Part shown: positions 37,001 to 49,950 of the stretch, in pieces
Layout of the letters: each line of letters opens with the position of its first letter
Position numbering within the stretch: the first letter of the stretch is position 1
NCBI GenBank assembly: GCA_024679065.1
Contig: JAGIQG010000016.1
Location: 44,516,001-44,580,000, forward strand
Direction of reading: 5' to 3'
From: Sphyrna mokarran
Lineage: Eukaryota
Length of the DNA stretch: 64,000 nt
Notes under the pieces: generated by a model
What the model saw: only the letters and a program-made list of their open reading frames with translations
Database searches by the model: none
Told to the model about the DNA's origin: nothing
Made by a program: the position numbers and the translations under genes

Positions 37001-38428
37001 TCTTCTATTTGTAATATATATAAATGACTTGGAAGAGGGAGTAAGTGGAGTGATCAGCAAGTTTGCAAATGATACAAAGATGGCTGGACTTGCGGATAGT
37101 GAGGAGCATTGTCAGGCGATGCAGCAGGACATAGATAGGCTGGTAGCTTGGGCAGATAGATGGCAGTTGGAATTCAATCCTGATAAATGCGAGGTGATGC
37201 ATTTTGGGAAAAAGAATGTAGTGGGGAGGTATATGATAAAGATATGTAGACCTATTAAGAGTATAGAAACGCAGAGGGATCTGGGGGTGCAGGTGCACAA
37301 GTCTCTGAAGGTGGCAGAGCAGCAGAGAAGGTTGTGAAGAAAGCATGTGGTATGCTAGCCTTTATGGGAAGGGGTCTAGAGTACAAGAGCTGGCCTTTAA
37401 TATTGCAGTTGTATAAAACGTTAGTTAGACCTCACTTGGAATACTGCGTCCAGTTCTAGTCGTCCTACTACCGGAAGGACGTGGAGACTCTGGAGAGAGT
37501 GCAGAGGAGGTTTACCAGGATGCTACCTGGTATGGAAGATCTGAGTTACGAGGAGAGTTTAGGCAAATTGGGGCTGTTTTCCTTAGAAAGATGTAGACTT
37601 AGAGGAGATCTAATAGAGTTGTACGAGATTATGAGAGGTATAGGTAGAGTAAACAGGGTTAAGCTTTTTTTCTAGGATGGACTCAAATAGCACGAGGGGT
37701 CACTGGCTTAGAGTGAGGGTTGTAAGGTTTAATTTGGATGCTAGAGGGAGTTTTTTCACACAGAAGGTGATGGTATGAATCGCACTGCCAAGTAAAGTGG
37801 TGGAGGCAGGCACTCTGGAGTTATTTAAGTGATACTTACATGGGCACATGAACAGAATGGGAATGGAGGGATGTAGAAAACTGATTTAAAATAGGGATCA
37901 TGAGCCTTGTGAGTTCCCTGGGAAGTGTGTAAATAGATGATGATATTGATGTATTTGTTTTTATCCTACAGGTGCTTTGGTCCGCCTTGTTGTCTAACAA
38001 GGGTCATATACACGATGGGTTGTGAGAGGGCTGCTCTTGGATTTTTTTTTCAAGAGTATCCTAGTGCTTCACGCTATTAGTGTACGCATGACCTGCACCA
38101 TTTGACGGGCAACACGACAGCTCAGTGACTATCGCTATGCTGTGCAGATACATGGATTTGGACCTGTGTCTGTGGGAGTTTGCACATTCTCCCTGTGCTT
38201 GTGTGGGTTTTCTCCGGGTGCTCTGGTTTCCTCCCACATCCCAAAGATGTGCTCTTAGGCTGATTGGCAGAACAAAATCTCCCTAAAGTGTCTCAAATTT
38301 GGTTTCAATTCATAGATTTATAAACATAGACAGGGATCATGGGTAGAAGTGGGAACATGGGGGTGGTGGCGCGGGCTTGTCGGGCCAAAGGGCCTGTTTC
38401 CCGTGCTGTTTTTGTTCTTTGTTCTTTG
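34091..38428 (+). mobile_element. Near-full-length, inactivated CR1-clade LINE (HER1-like)
   Basis: ORF1 remnant: CVQC...CVKC zinc finger plus leucine zipper (from 34101) and SGNH esterase motifs (VVGDG..., CLPGA, VIIHIGEKD), ending TAA at 34980. ORF2 remnant: APE endonuclease (FNVRSL, ETWL, GGGVALLV, GVYYRP, VGDFN, LDLVL, SDH) and RT (KSPGPDG, RPVSLTS, DFRKAFD, GVPQGSVLGPLLF, KFANDTK), ending ~37889. Several frameshifts and stops. 3' tail (TTGTTCT)n. Possible TTGACTG TSD at 34084-34090 and 38426-38432. Confidence 0.95.
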
Positions 38429-40057
38429 ACTGTGGGGATCTGATTGGTTGTTGGGTCTGGGGAATCATTTCACAATCCCGGTTCACAAACAGTGTAACAA
38501 GGGGATTTAATTCATGGATCTGATCCTTATTGCCATCTTTTACCAGTTGTTGTTTTTGAGGCCTGAAAATGCTAGCCCTTAAATTGAAAATAACATTTTA
38601 GTTTGAATGGAGGCACACAGCCTACTTCAAAAGATTTTAATGATTGATTCGCCCACCACATGGAAGCAAATTGGTTGCCTTCCCCTTCTATTCATCTCTG
38701 AAAGAACGGACAAGGGTGGAGTAGAGAAATGTTGGGCACAGATTTGTAATGTTAATTTCCCATCTGTCCTCCAACTCATCTATCCTTCTAGAAAGATAAA
38801 TATTTGTTCTTCAGACAATACTTAAACCAAAATATTAAATGGCAGCACAGTGGGTGAAGTGCATCTGTCATCTGCCTGTTGCTGCAGTGTCACCCATTTT
38901 GAGAGTTGGGCCAAATTTAGTTGAGCCACTCATTCTCCTTGTCTTCCTTAATCCCTTTAGTAATACATTGTGGAATTGCATCATGTATTCATTACCTCTC
39001 ACATAAGTTTTGAAGCCTTAACTAATTGTCTGTAGCTTTCACATGGCTCAATTTCAAAACACAGTCTAAAATAAAGAAAACAAGAAAAATGAGTAAGCAA
39101 ATGCCTCTGATACAACTAGAAAGTTATTGAGAAATTTCTATGGGTACTGATTTACATCCTGCATAATTAATAAGTTCTGATCTATTGAGTTTCCCCATGA
39201 CCTTCCAGACTGTTATGAAAACTGGAACTGCTGTTTTCAAGAACACTGTTGCTTGTATAATTGCTCTGTCAATGTCTGGAAAAGTACTTGACTGTTCTGT
39301 CAGCAGTTGAAAATAATAAGCTGGCAAAATTCTTGTTGCAATTTTAAATTCTAAATTCTGCACGCCCTCTCAGTGTTCCAGCCATTACCACAGGAGCTAA
39401 ATTAATTAGTGTAATCTGAGCAGTGCTTTGATTTCGTGATATTAAAGTTCATATCATAGAAAATGCTGTAGAGACTCTTCAGCAGCATGTAGACATAAAT
39501 AGAAACAGGTCAGAACCCAGTGATAATACTAGTACGCAGTTTCCTGAATAACATTTTCCAATATTTTTGTAGTCTGAAAATTAAAGTTAATTGTCCAACC
39601 TATTGAATGACCTATTTAATTTTAGAGTAAGTAAGGAATGCTCATATACAAGTCTCAAAAATAATTTATAAGATAATTTTATCTTTAAATATTTAGGTAA
39701 AAATTAGCCTTGCATGTAATATACAAATTAATATATTTCAAGATAGCATTGCATAAGGGATCAAATGCAATCTTCAGGTGAAGCAGGATTGGGGGATATG
39801 AAATAATTGAAACAAAGCATGCAAATATAATGCAATTCCTCCAATTTAAAACCAACATTCAATCCTTAGTTTTGTATTTAAATTATAAATTCTTATGTCC
39901 ACATTTATACTTGAAGCTATTAATGTAAACATATCACATTAATTATTCACTGATGGGATTGTAGTCATGAACATGGCTGAGGTCATTTGGTGCTGTGGTG
40001 CAAATATGAATGCGTAAGCTTTGATTTATGTACATGAAAATGCACATCATTTCTGCT

Positions 40058-41160
40058 TTTTGATTTGGTTTGATTGGATTTGATTTGTTATTGTCGCATG
40101 TATTAGTATACAGTGAAAAGTATTGTTTCTTGCACACTATAGAGACAAAGCTTACTATTCATAGATAAGAAAAGGAGTGCAAAATATAGTGTTACAATCA
40201 TAGCTAGAGTGTAGAGAAAGATCAAGTTAATGAAAGGTAGGGCTATTCAAAAGTCTGATAGTAGCAGGAAAAACTGTTCTTAAGTCAGTTAGTACATGAC
40301 CTCAAGTTTTGTATCTCTTTTCTGGCAGAAGAAGATGGGAGAGAGAATGTCAAGGGTGTGTGAGGTCCTTAATTATGCTGGTCGCTTTTCCGAGGCAGCA
40401 GAAAGTGTAGACCGTGTCAATGAGTGGGAGGCTGGTTTAAATGATGGACTAGGCTTTGTTCACAACCTTTTGTAGTTTCTTGCTGTCTTGAATGGCACAG
40501 GAGCCATACCAAGCTGTGATACAACAAGAAAGAATGCTTTCTGTGGTGCATCTATAAAGTTTGGTGAGAGTCGTGGTGGACATACCAAATTTCATTGGGC
40601 TCCTGAGAAAGTAGAGGTGTTGGTGGGCTTTCTTAACTATAGTGTTAGCATGGGGACCAGGATAGGTTGTGTGTGATCACCTAAAAGCTTGAAGCTCTCA
40701 ACCATTTCTACTTTGTCCCCATTGATGTAAACAGGGGCAGGTCCTCCACTATGCTTCCTGAAGTTGATGACTATCCCCGTTGTTTTGTTGACATTGAAGA
40801 AGAGATTATTTTCTTCACACCAGTTCACCACATTCTCAATTTCTTTCCTGTACTCTGTCTCGTTATTATTTGAAAGCCAACCCAGTACGGGTGATCAGCA
40901 AATTTGAAAATCGAGTTGGAGAGGCATCTGGCCACACAGTTATAGGTGTATAAGGAGTATAGTAAGGAGCTGAGGATGCAGCCTTACTGGGCACCGATGT
41001 AGAGGATGATTTTGGAGGAGATGTTGTTGCCTATCCTTACTGATTACGGTTTGTCAATTAGGAAGTTTAAGATTCAATTGCAGATGATGGAGTCAAGCCC
41101 CAGGCCATGTTTGGAGATGAGTTTTGTAATAAGAATGATAGTATTGAAAGTTGATCTGTA
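40058..41160 (-). mobile_element. Rex1/Babar-type LINE 3' fragment
   Basis: Minus strand: KFAD..., NNNETEYRKEIE, VNWCEENNLFFNVNKT...VINFRK...VYINGDKVEMVESFKLLG. Short (tttga)n-like tail at 40058-40090. Confidence 0.85.
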
Positions 41161-41964
41161 GTTATTACCACTATTACCAGGTTTGACTGCCAATTCCTCA
41201 GCTTCCTGCCATTCATCTGGCCTGCCAGTGGGAATAGCATCAGGTAGATTTTACATGTCCTACCTACAGGCAGGGACATGGCATATTGAACGCTGAGAAT
41301 CCAAGGGAGCACACTAACCCCTGAGAAAAGAGGGACATCCTCACTCCACACCACATAAGCATGAAGAACCCAACCCAACCCCTCATAGTCCCCCTTCCCA
41401 TCAGCCCACTCATTCCCTTGGTCTCCCTCAGGCCACATACTTTTGTTGTGTTAACAGTGCAGTGCTCTCTGATACAGACATCCTGAACTAGAGAGTACTC
41501 AAGGAGGTAGGTCCAGTGGCCATTTGCCCATCAGCTGCTACCATACTGCAAAGCAAAAGGTTCCTGGGTGGGCTTGTGTTTTGGGCAAAAAGTTGACCTC
41601 GCCATGCTCCACCGGGATGGAGGTATTGTGGCTGGACAGCCTCTGCTAGCCCTGCCAGACCTCAATTCACCATGCCAGACGTGATCTTCGGGCAACCATG
41701 TGATCAATGTCTGCATTCCTACCTCTCAGCTGTGAAAATTCTGAAGTGCTCACTTTAATCTCCAAACTCCCTGGTCTGGTTCCCTGGCAAGATTTTAAAT
41801 CATTTCAACACTCTATTCTGCAGCATATATCTCCACGTAGGTGTGATCAGACCCCTTTTGAAGTCCTTTGACAGAGAGAGTACGCCGCAAAATTCCATTG
41901 ATCTTGACCACAATGTTGGCAGAATCTAAGCCTGACTGTGAGCCTGTGGTTTCACTTCCTCTTT

Positions 41965-42100
41965 GAAGTTGCAATGTGGTTGACTTTCAACTACCCTCTG
42001 AAATGGCCTAGCAAGCCACTTAATTCAAGAGCAACTAGAGATGGGCAACAAATGCTGGCCCTGCTAGCAGTGCCATCATCCCATGAATGAATAAAAAAAC
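41965..42100 (+). mobile_element. LINE 3'-tail fragment
   Basis: ccctctgaaatggcctagcaagccact...gatgggcaacaaatgctggcc...catcccatgaatgaataaaaaaa resembles a shark CR1-group 3' end with an A-tail (recalled). Confidence 0.6.
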
Positions 42101-43769
42101 AGTTGTATGCGATGCCAAGTCAAGATGTCAATGTCAGGGTCCCAGGGGGCAGTGCACTGTTGGCACTGTCAAGGCAAGTGGCCTGAAGGGAAATTGAGTA
42201 GGAAGTCTGCGGGGGGAGGTGGTCTTAGAGGGGAATCTGAGAGTGAAGGGGGATGACTTGGGCTCTGAGGGGCAAGGGGGGAATGAGTGGGAGTCGGGTC
42301 ACCCTTATGCCTGCCTGGTGAGGGGAGTTGGGGCTACCTGTTTGTCAATTAGGGGAGAGGATGTCTGTCTTTGCTGAGAGGTTTGTGATGCTACCCTGGT
42401 CAGCAGAGAGACCACCATTTATTTTTTGGGTCAAGGGAAGGCTGTCTCTGAGCACGGTGATCAGGTCACCCTTTCAAAATGATGACCCAGTCTCTGAACA
42501 GCAAGAATGGCCAGTGAGTCGCTTAAAATGAGTGCGTAAGCATTTTTCAGGTGAGCAAATCCCACCTGATTGCTGCTAATGGCAGCAGGAAACACTTTTG
42601 CTTTCCCGCTGATCTGGCACTTAGTTCTAAGTGGGAAAATCAGGCCCAATATTACAGTTGCCATCTGCTGCTAGGTGACCTGTAACCAACCTGCTCTATG
42701 TGGTAGCTCTGTCTGGTAGATCAAAGCTATGGGGGTCATATTAATCCACAAAACAGGCTGGTTTTAGGTTGGGTGGGAGATTGCAACTTTAAAAATCTGA
42801 AACAGGAACCAACATGCTTCGAACCTGCTTATATCTGATTTTAAGAGGGGCAGTGATAATTTGTGTCAGTCATTTTAGTCATATAAGAAGGTCCCATGAG
42901 TTTATCCTAAAACATTTTTTATTTTTAACTCATGTGGGAAATTTGGCTGGTAAAAGGAGGCAAGAAAGGTAGAAGCAATGCTTGTGGACTAAAAAGAATA
43001 GGAATGTTTCTCTGGGCCCAAACTACCATCTAAACCCAACTCGAAATACACTTTCTCCCCTATCTGTCATAATTAGACGTGCATCTATCCACCCCTACCC
43101 CCACCACAGTGGTCTGTCTATAATCCCCTATGATTTCTCCCCATGATCACTCCCTTACTCTTCCCTCGACCGCATATTTGCTCTTTCCTCCAACTGCCCT
43201 CTTACTTCTCCTGTACCTCACTGCTGGTACCCCAATGCTTTCCCAAATGTGAGCATCATTTTTCCCGTGTTTCCCAATAAACCACTTCCACCATGTTTCC
43301 CTCAATCATATAGCAGCCTCGACCACATTCCCTGCCTGCTTCTTTACTAATGCTGTGCTACAAACCTCTGCCTATAGGCTCCACCTGACAGACAGCGAAC
43401 CTATCAGTCAGCCTGGCTGTCAAAAGAAAAACTGAAGATAATGTTTTTAAATATTCAGGAAACTTGTATTTTCGGTGTCCTCTTTCATTGCTCCTCCCCA
43501 CAGCTCAATAAATATTGAGATCCATGTCCTCAATATTTCTATTGTCACCTATTTTAAGATTAGTACAGAGATCATTTGCAGTATTAAACCAGACATATAT
43601 TAAGCAAGTAACTGATAGCCAACTCTTCCATCTCTTTGCTGACTGAGTACCAGCTGCAATCTAGCATAACTGTTGTTAACACAAATGTATTTTTCGAAGT
43701 AGATGAGGTGATTAATTGACATTTGGGCATGTTAGTTATGGCCACAAAAACTGCCTTCCCTTTGTGCAA

Positions 43770-43960
43770 GAATGTTGTGGAACTAAGAGTCCAAAGAGTT
43801 GAGCACTAATCTAAGCTAACATTTCAATATAAGGGGACAGTTGAAATTGTTGCCTTTTGGATGAAACATTAAACAGATGCATTACTTACCATATCTGATG
43901 GACATTAAGGATCCCATGGCCCAATTTGAAGATGAATAGGGAAGTTCTGAAATATCTCTG
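43770..43960 (+). mobile_element. Degraded Deu-SINE
   Basis: ttttggatgaaacattaaac...tggacattaaggatcccatggc...tttgaagatgaatagggaagttct. Confidence 0.65.
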
Positions 43961-46429
43961 TCAGTACTTACTGTTATAGGGTGTTTGTTACAGTTTGGTA
44001 GGTCTGAAGAAGCCCTTGTAGTCATATGTAGGTTAACTGTAAATCTCTGTAGAGCTATTTACAAAAGTACAATAAAGGGTAAAGTGAGAAGCTGTCTCTT
44101 TGCTTGCTGGTACACACTGCTCTGTCCAATATCAAGCTGACCTTAGATTTTTATCCTGTGCTCTTTTATGTCACTATGTACATGGTATTCTATCAGCTTC
44201 TCTATTCCTCCACTCATTAACCCTATATGCGCCAGACCCTTATATTACACATCTTTCAGCTAACATCACTGAAACAGATTCACTCCGTTGCTATTTGAAA
44301 CTTTGCTGTGTTTTCTCACATGATTTGTATCTAACAGAAATTGTTCAAGGACATTCCCTTTTACATCTTTTAGAAGGAGAAGCAGTGCAGGAAGGAGTGA
44401 AGGAGAATGAGACAGCTTTTGAGGAGGCTGTGCATTCCCTTTTTCCACTCTATATAGGAGTTACAGATTTTGTAGAACTTATATAGATCTTAGTGGGTGG
44501 TTTTGTGGCACAGCTGGAGCAATGACTATCTGCTTGATTAGGCATATCTGGCCATGGTTCAGATCTTTGTGGCCCAGGATTGTTTCAGTTAGCTACTGGG
44601 GACAAGTGCAACATCACCTAAGTACCACTGAGGTATAATATATCTGGTAATTTTAGATCTTTTTGGAGAGTTGAGAAATTTAACCAGGTTAACATGAATG
44701 ACCTCCAGACATCAACATGGTGGGACTACCAGTGTTTTTAATGTTGGATTTCCAAGAGCACAAGATGGTACTCACATACTGTTAATATCCTAAATGTCCA
44801 ATTTGTGTTTTATTGTTACACAGCTTATTTTGTGAGCTATAGGCAAAAAATTCTTCAATAATTTCACCTTTATTTACTGCCTTGTATGATTAGTATAATA
44901 TAACATATCTTTATACTTTTTTATATCTTTTCTTTCTTACTGACAAATAGCTATACTCATTGAATGATATAATACAACCAATGTCCTCAGCTTCTCAATC
45001 ACTATTCCTGAGTATGTCCTATCTCATAAAAAAAACAGGTCTACCAGAGGGTGGCAGCACATAAGATGTGGTTGGGAAGGAGGGGCTACCTTTGAGAGAT
45101 CACAACATCGGCTTCTTACATTATGATGTTTATGACATTGAGTTAAACGTGGGCAAGGAAACCTCCTATTGACTACCTACAAGCCTCCCTCAGTTGATGA
45201 ATCAGTACTCCTCCACCACGTGAAAAAACATTTGGAAAGGAGCACTGATGGTAATAAGAGTACTTCAGTATCCATCAAAAATACTGGTTTGATACCATCA
45301 CTACTAACAGAGCTGGCTGAATTCTGATAGACATACATGTCATGCCACCATAAAAAAGTCAGGAACAATTATCATACATTTAAGTATCATTAGCGTACTT
45401 CCCCACTGTATTATCCCCTATGTAAGGAATTTCCCCCTGCAGGTGTAACGTCACATCGGCAGAGTTTACAAAAGGCTTGAATCCGTAAGGATCTACAACA
45501 GGTAAGTACGGCTGCTGGGAGGAAGAGAGGGTCATGTTTGGACATTAACCTTGTAATGTCAGAGTGGCGTCCACTTGGGTGTTTTGGGGTGAGGATGTGT
45601 TCGCAAAGGGGGAGGGAGGGTTCCCTGTCTGCTAATGGGGAGGTGAGTGGGTTCAATTTCCATGGGGGAAAGGAATCTTATTTTATTATTTTTACTTTTA
45701 GATTGGGGAAAATTGATCTGTCAGGGCTGAGGTTGCTGATGGATGGGCTCATTCAGAGTCCCCCCTACCCACTCACCCACCCAGTCACCTAATATTATGG
45801 ATACCGTCCCTTCCATTTTTTTCAAAGTGCTTGAAAATTTGATGGGAATAGCTGGCAGGCTGCCTCCTGCTTTTGCTGCCTGAGACAGCATTGGGAAAAA
45901 AAATAATAAAATTCCACCCCAGGCCACCAAGGCGTGTTGTCAGGAAGAAGTTGAATCTGACTCTGATTGGCACTCCATAGAAGTTCAGGGCCAAAGAGAT
46001 AAAAAAAATGTTTCTTAGTGGGTGTGGTCACCTTGCGTTTTGTATTGTGAAGCAATTCAGAACACCTTACAAAGATATGCCAATTATTTTTCAAGATCTA
46101 CATTGCTCTTTTCACATTGTTTTTTAAAGATACTGGGCTTTGGTTACTGGCCAGTTTTTTTAAAACTCTCCTGGCTCCTTGTGTGCTTTTCCAGCCTATT
46201 CCCACGCTCTCTAGCTCCAAAATACATAGAGGCTTTGAAACTCAAGTGTAGCCTGCATCCGAACCTTTGCAGTCATCAAGCAGATGTTTGTCATCATTCT
46301 GCTGAAGAACGTTAATGACATGGCCAAGAATCGGCACTACAGCAAAGGGAAGTCTGCTGAACTGCCAGGGTTGCTACTTTACTCACCCTCCTCCCTCAAA
46401 CTTTCTTCATTTATCTGTTTAAGGTGCTG

Positions 46430-46650
46430 ACTACTGCTTGTGAAGGTTGTATACGTGCTGGCATTTCCAGTATTTCACACATGTGTTTGTCCAAGTGTGA
46501 ACAAAAACAATGATTGTCCATCAGTCATTTCCAGAGGACATCACAGCTGAACTCACCAACCACCAACACGTGGACTTTCCATCAAAAGTCATTGGTAATC
46601 AAGAGGAGGAAGTAGAGCTGAGTTTTCACTTTCCTGGTCTCTGGTGCTGT
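46430..46650 (-). mobile_element. Ancient LF-SINE-like fragment
   Basis: ggacatcacagctgaactc...gactttccatcaaaagtcattggtaatcaagag resembles the LF-SINE reverse complement (recalled). Similar + strand remnants at ~24770-24960 and ~44500-44610. Confidence 0.45.
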
Positions 46651-46665
46651 GGATATTTTTAACAG

Positions 46666-46777
46666 AGTAAGGTTTTACAACACCAATTTTAATCCAACCA
46701 ATTTATTTGATGGATTAAAATTGGTGTTGTAAAACCTTACTGAGTTTACCCCAGTCCAACGCCGGCATCTCTACATC
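46666..46777. mobile_element. Penelope-like hairpin mini-element with a 13-bp TSD
   Basis: Perfect 31-bp inverted repeat (46666-46696 / 46711-46741) followed by ccccagtccaacgccggcatctctacatc. TSD atatttttaacag at 46653-46665 and 46778-46790. Confidence 0.85.
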
Positions 46778-47384
46778 ATATTTTTAACAGCCCAGCCGCT
46801 AAAGATTGCTTATTTAAAATTCACTAGTGCAAACTATTTTATCTGTTTTGAATTAATTACACCTCAAGCAGTATTATCCCATATTTGTGTTTATATCAAA
46901 CACAAAACTAACGATATTAAGTCAGTCCAAAAATTAATCAGCGATTTATAGAAAAAATGACAATAAGTGCAGTTAAAGTATATTGGGGAAAAAAGGGAGA
47001 AATTTTAACATTCCTTGTGTTAGGTGGTGTTGATAAAATTGAGCAGGTCAGTCAGTCATCCCTCTATTCTCATCCCATGGGAATTTTAACACTACTATTT
47101 ATAATGGTGAATAATTGGTTGCTTACATGTATGTAAATTGGGCCTTTTAATTGTAATCTGAGCAGGAGGATTACTTTGCTTACTGAAAGTTGCCTTGAGG
47201 ATTGAAGGAACTTGAAAGCTAAGTGTTAAATTTTTCTTTGTGAGGCCAGAAATAGCGCAAGTGTTTCTTCAAACCTAAAAGGAATGAATCAGAGTCCAAT
47301 AGCATATTTCCTTCCCACCTGCAACAGCCTGAAAATGTCTCTCCCTGTTACTTATCCTCCAACAGGTGAGTGGCATCTAGGCTG

Positions 47385-47570
47385 CCCACAGTCCATGGAT
47401 GTGTGGATTAGGTGATTGACCATGCTCAGTTGCCCCTTAGTGTCAGGTGGGCTAGCTAGGGTGAATGCATGAGGTTAGGGGGATAGGACCTGGGTGGGAT
47501 TGTGGTTTGTGCTGACTTGATGCATCAAATGACCCCCTTCTGCACTATAGGATTCTATTATTCTATGATA
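47385..47570 (+). mobile_element. Partial HE1-like V-SINE (3' half)
   Basis: cccacagtccatggatgtgtggattagg...ttctgcactataggattctat. Confidence 0.75.
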
Positions 47571-48324
47571 ACATGACAGCTCTCACTGTTTCAGAAGAGC
47601 ATCTGACCAATTAGATGTGAATGAGCTAAGAAGTTAAACTAATTGGGCCTCGGGTTGTTAAGGATTATGATCCAAAGCTTTCTAATGTGAAGTGTGGTGA
47701 AATGGTTGAATAGAGCGGATTTTCTCAAAATTGAAGCATTATTCATTGTATAAAATTCAAGTTACAAAGCCACATTCACCGTTAAGAGATTGAACAAAAA
47801 GCTGTGAAAATTATCAAAAAAAAAACTAACTTAACTTTAAAGTATATTCGATGTGAAACGTCTGTAATTAAAAAAAAAACTGTGACCCATGATGGGTGAG
47901 ATTTTCTGGCTGCATGTGACCCAAGACTGGAAATTCCTGCCCAAGGTCAATGGACCTAAGTCAATTAAAATAAGTCAACCAAATTTTCTGTCCTGCCTGC
48001 CACTATTCCCACAGTGGACCGAATGGAAAAATTCCCCCCAAAATATTGTAATATTCACACTGGGCTTTATTGATACAAGCTATTGATTGACATAAACACC
48101 GAGAAGGTATCCATATGCTAAAAATGCACTTGACATCTGTTTAGTGTGATTGCTGCATTGTTCATCATTCAGAACCATTACTTGAATATTATACATATGT
48201 TAATAGATAGCAATATAATTTGAAACAATCTGTTTTTGTTGTTGCTATTTTTATCAGTTTTGTTCACAAAAAATAATTCTGAATTTTTAAAATTGTTAAA
48301 CATATTCTTCACGTCAACTGAGAT

Positions 48325-48630
48325 ACTTAGAAACCATACAAGGTTTCTACAGTGTAGAAGGAGACCATTCAGCCTGCACCAGCTGCAATCTCACATAGGC
48401 CCTAACCCCATAACCCCATATATTTATACCACTAATCTCTCTAATCAACACATCCTGGGACACTGAGGGGCAATTTAGTATGGCCGCTGCACCTAACCTG
48501 CATATTTTTGGACTGTGGGAAGAAACCGGAGTACCTGGGGGAAACCCAAACAGACATGGGGAGAACGTGCAAACTCTGCACAGAGAGTGACCCAATTTGA
48601 GAATTGAACCCCGGTCTCTGGAGCTGTGAA
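48325..48630 (-). mobile_element. HE1-like V-SINE
   Basis: Reverse-complement V-domain (ggagaacgtgcaaact) and B box (gaattgaacc). Confidence 0.85.
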
Positions 48631-49555
48631 TTTGATTCCTGGTTTGGGTTACTGTATCAATGCGTGTGTTGTAGTAAGGTTTGATTTATGAGCTACCTGT
48701 AGTTAAAATGGAATTTTTCCTGTGAGTCAAAGCCAGTATGAGAATTTTTATTTGTTAATCAATGAAAACAGAATGCTTGAAAATAATTACTGAATGCAGA
48801 ACTTTGGGAGGAGAGAGAATGACTTGCAGAAGCATGTGAATGAGTTGTACAAGTCTTTCTTTAGCTTTGTGTGAATTTCGATATGACTGGAAAATGTGCA
48901 ATACAATATTGTCATGCAAATACTTAACATATTCATATCCAGCTCCTGTTTAAAATAGTATAGATATAATGTCACAGCTTAAATTATCAAAGGTGCCATA
49001 AAGCTGCACCCTTGCACTAACTACAGAGAGGAGAGATTTTTTTCTGCATTCCTTTCTATTTAAAACTAATTTAAATTTCATAGCCCCAAATTTTTAGCAG
49101 CAGATCACCCTTGAATAGAGTTCAGGTCAATTGTTTTGCTATTGTAGCTGGTTAGAAGAAGATATCAGTTTTCTGGGTGTCCGTTGAAAGGCCTAGTTTC
49201 TCATACACTGCAAAGGTATCAACAATGACCTAAAGTTCAGTTTTGAATTCAAAGTGTATATTCAATATGCTGTAACCCAAATGGTATCAAAAGTCAAAAC
49301 TTGTGACAAAGCTGAATCATTGTCAGTAAACAGTAATTATCTTGAAGAATTTGTGTCTTGTCATTTCATATGTTGATTCATTTTCCCATACCATCAAGTT
49401 CGTTAATTGCTAATGACCAGGTACTCCCGTTTCCCCCAGCCTTTCAAAACAAAATAACCGTCAGCTGGACAAAAGTCACCCAAGATCTGCTCTCGGCAGT
49501 AAAACCATTTATGCAGCTCGCAGATTGCAAATGCCCTGCCTGAGTCTCTGGACTC

Positions 49556-49950
49556 ATGATGTGGAGATGCTGGCGTTGGACTGGGGCAAACACAGTAAGA
49601 AGTCTGACAACACCAGGTTTAAGTCCAACTGATTTATTTGATAGTAAACTCACAAGTTTTTGAGGTTTCCCTCTTCATCAGATGAATGAAAAGTACTGGC
49701 CTCAGACAGAGCATATAACAGCACAGACAGTTTACAGATTACTGATTAGAATGCGAATCTTTACACCTATTCAAGCGGCCAACAATGTGAGTGGAAGAAG
49801 CGTTGAGCACAGGTTAAAGAAATGTGTATTATCTCCAGACAGTACAGTAAATGAGGTTTAACAAACATAGGCAAGTCATGGGGGTTACAGATAGTGTGAC
49901 ATGTCACGTCATGAACTGGACTTAAACCTGGTGTTGTCAGACTTCTTACT
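49556..49950. mobile_element. Penelope-like element fragment with inverted arms and a 12-bp TSD
   Basis: atgatgtggagatgctggcgttggactgggg end, perfect 36-bp inverted repeat (49592-49627 / 49917-49952), and TSD gtctct[g/a]gactc at 49544-49555 and 49951-49962. Confidence 0.85.

Noticed and set aside
35475-37337. Long 352-aa and 260-aa ORFs as functional genes or a novel RT system
   Set aside because: They are pieces of CR1 ORF2 broken by frameshifts and a TGA at 36531-36533, and the catalytic FADD is mutated to FAND.
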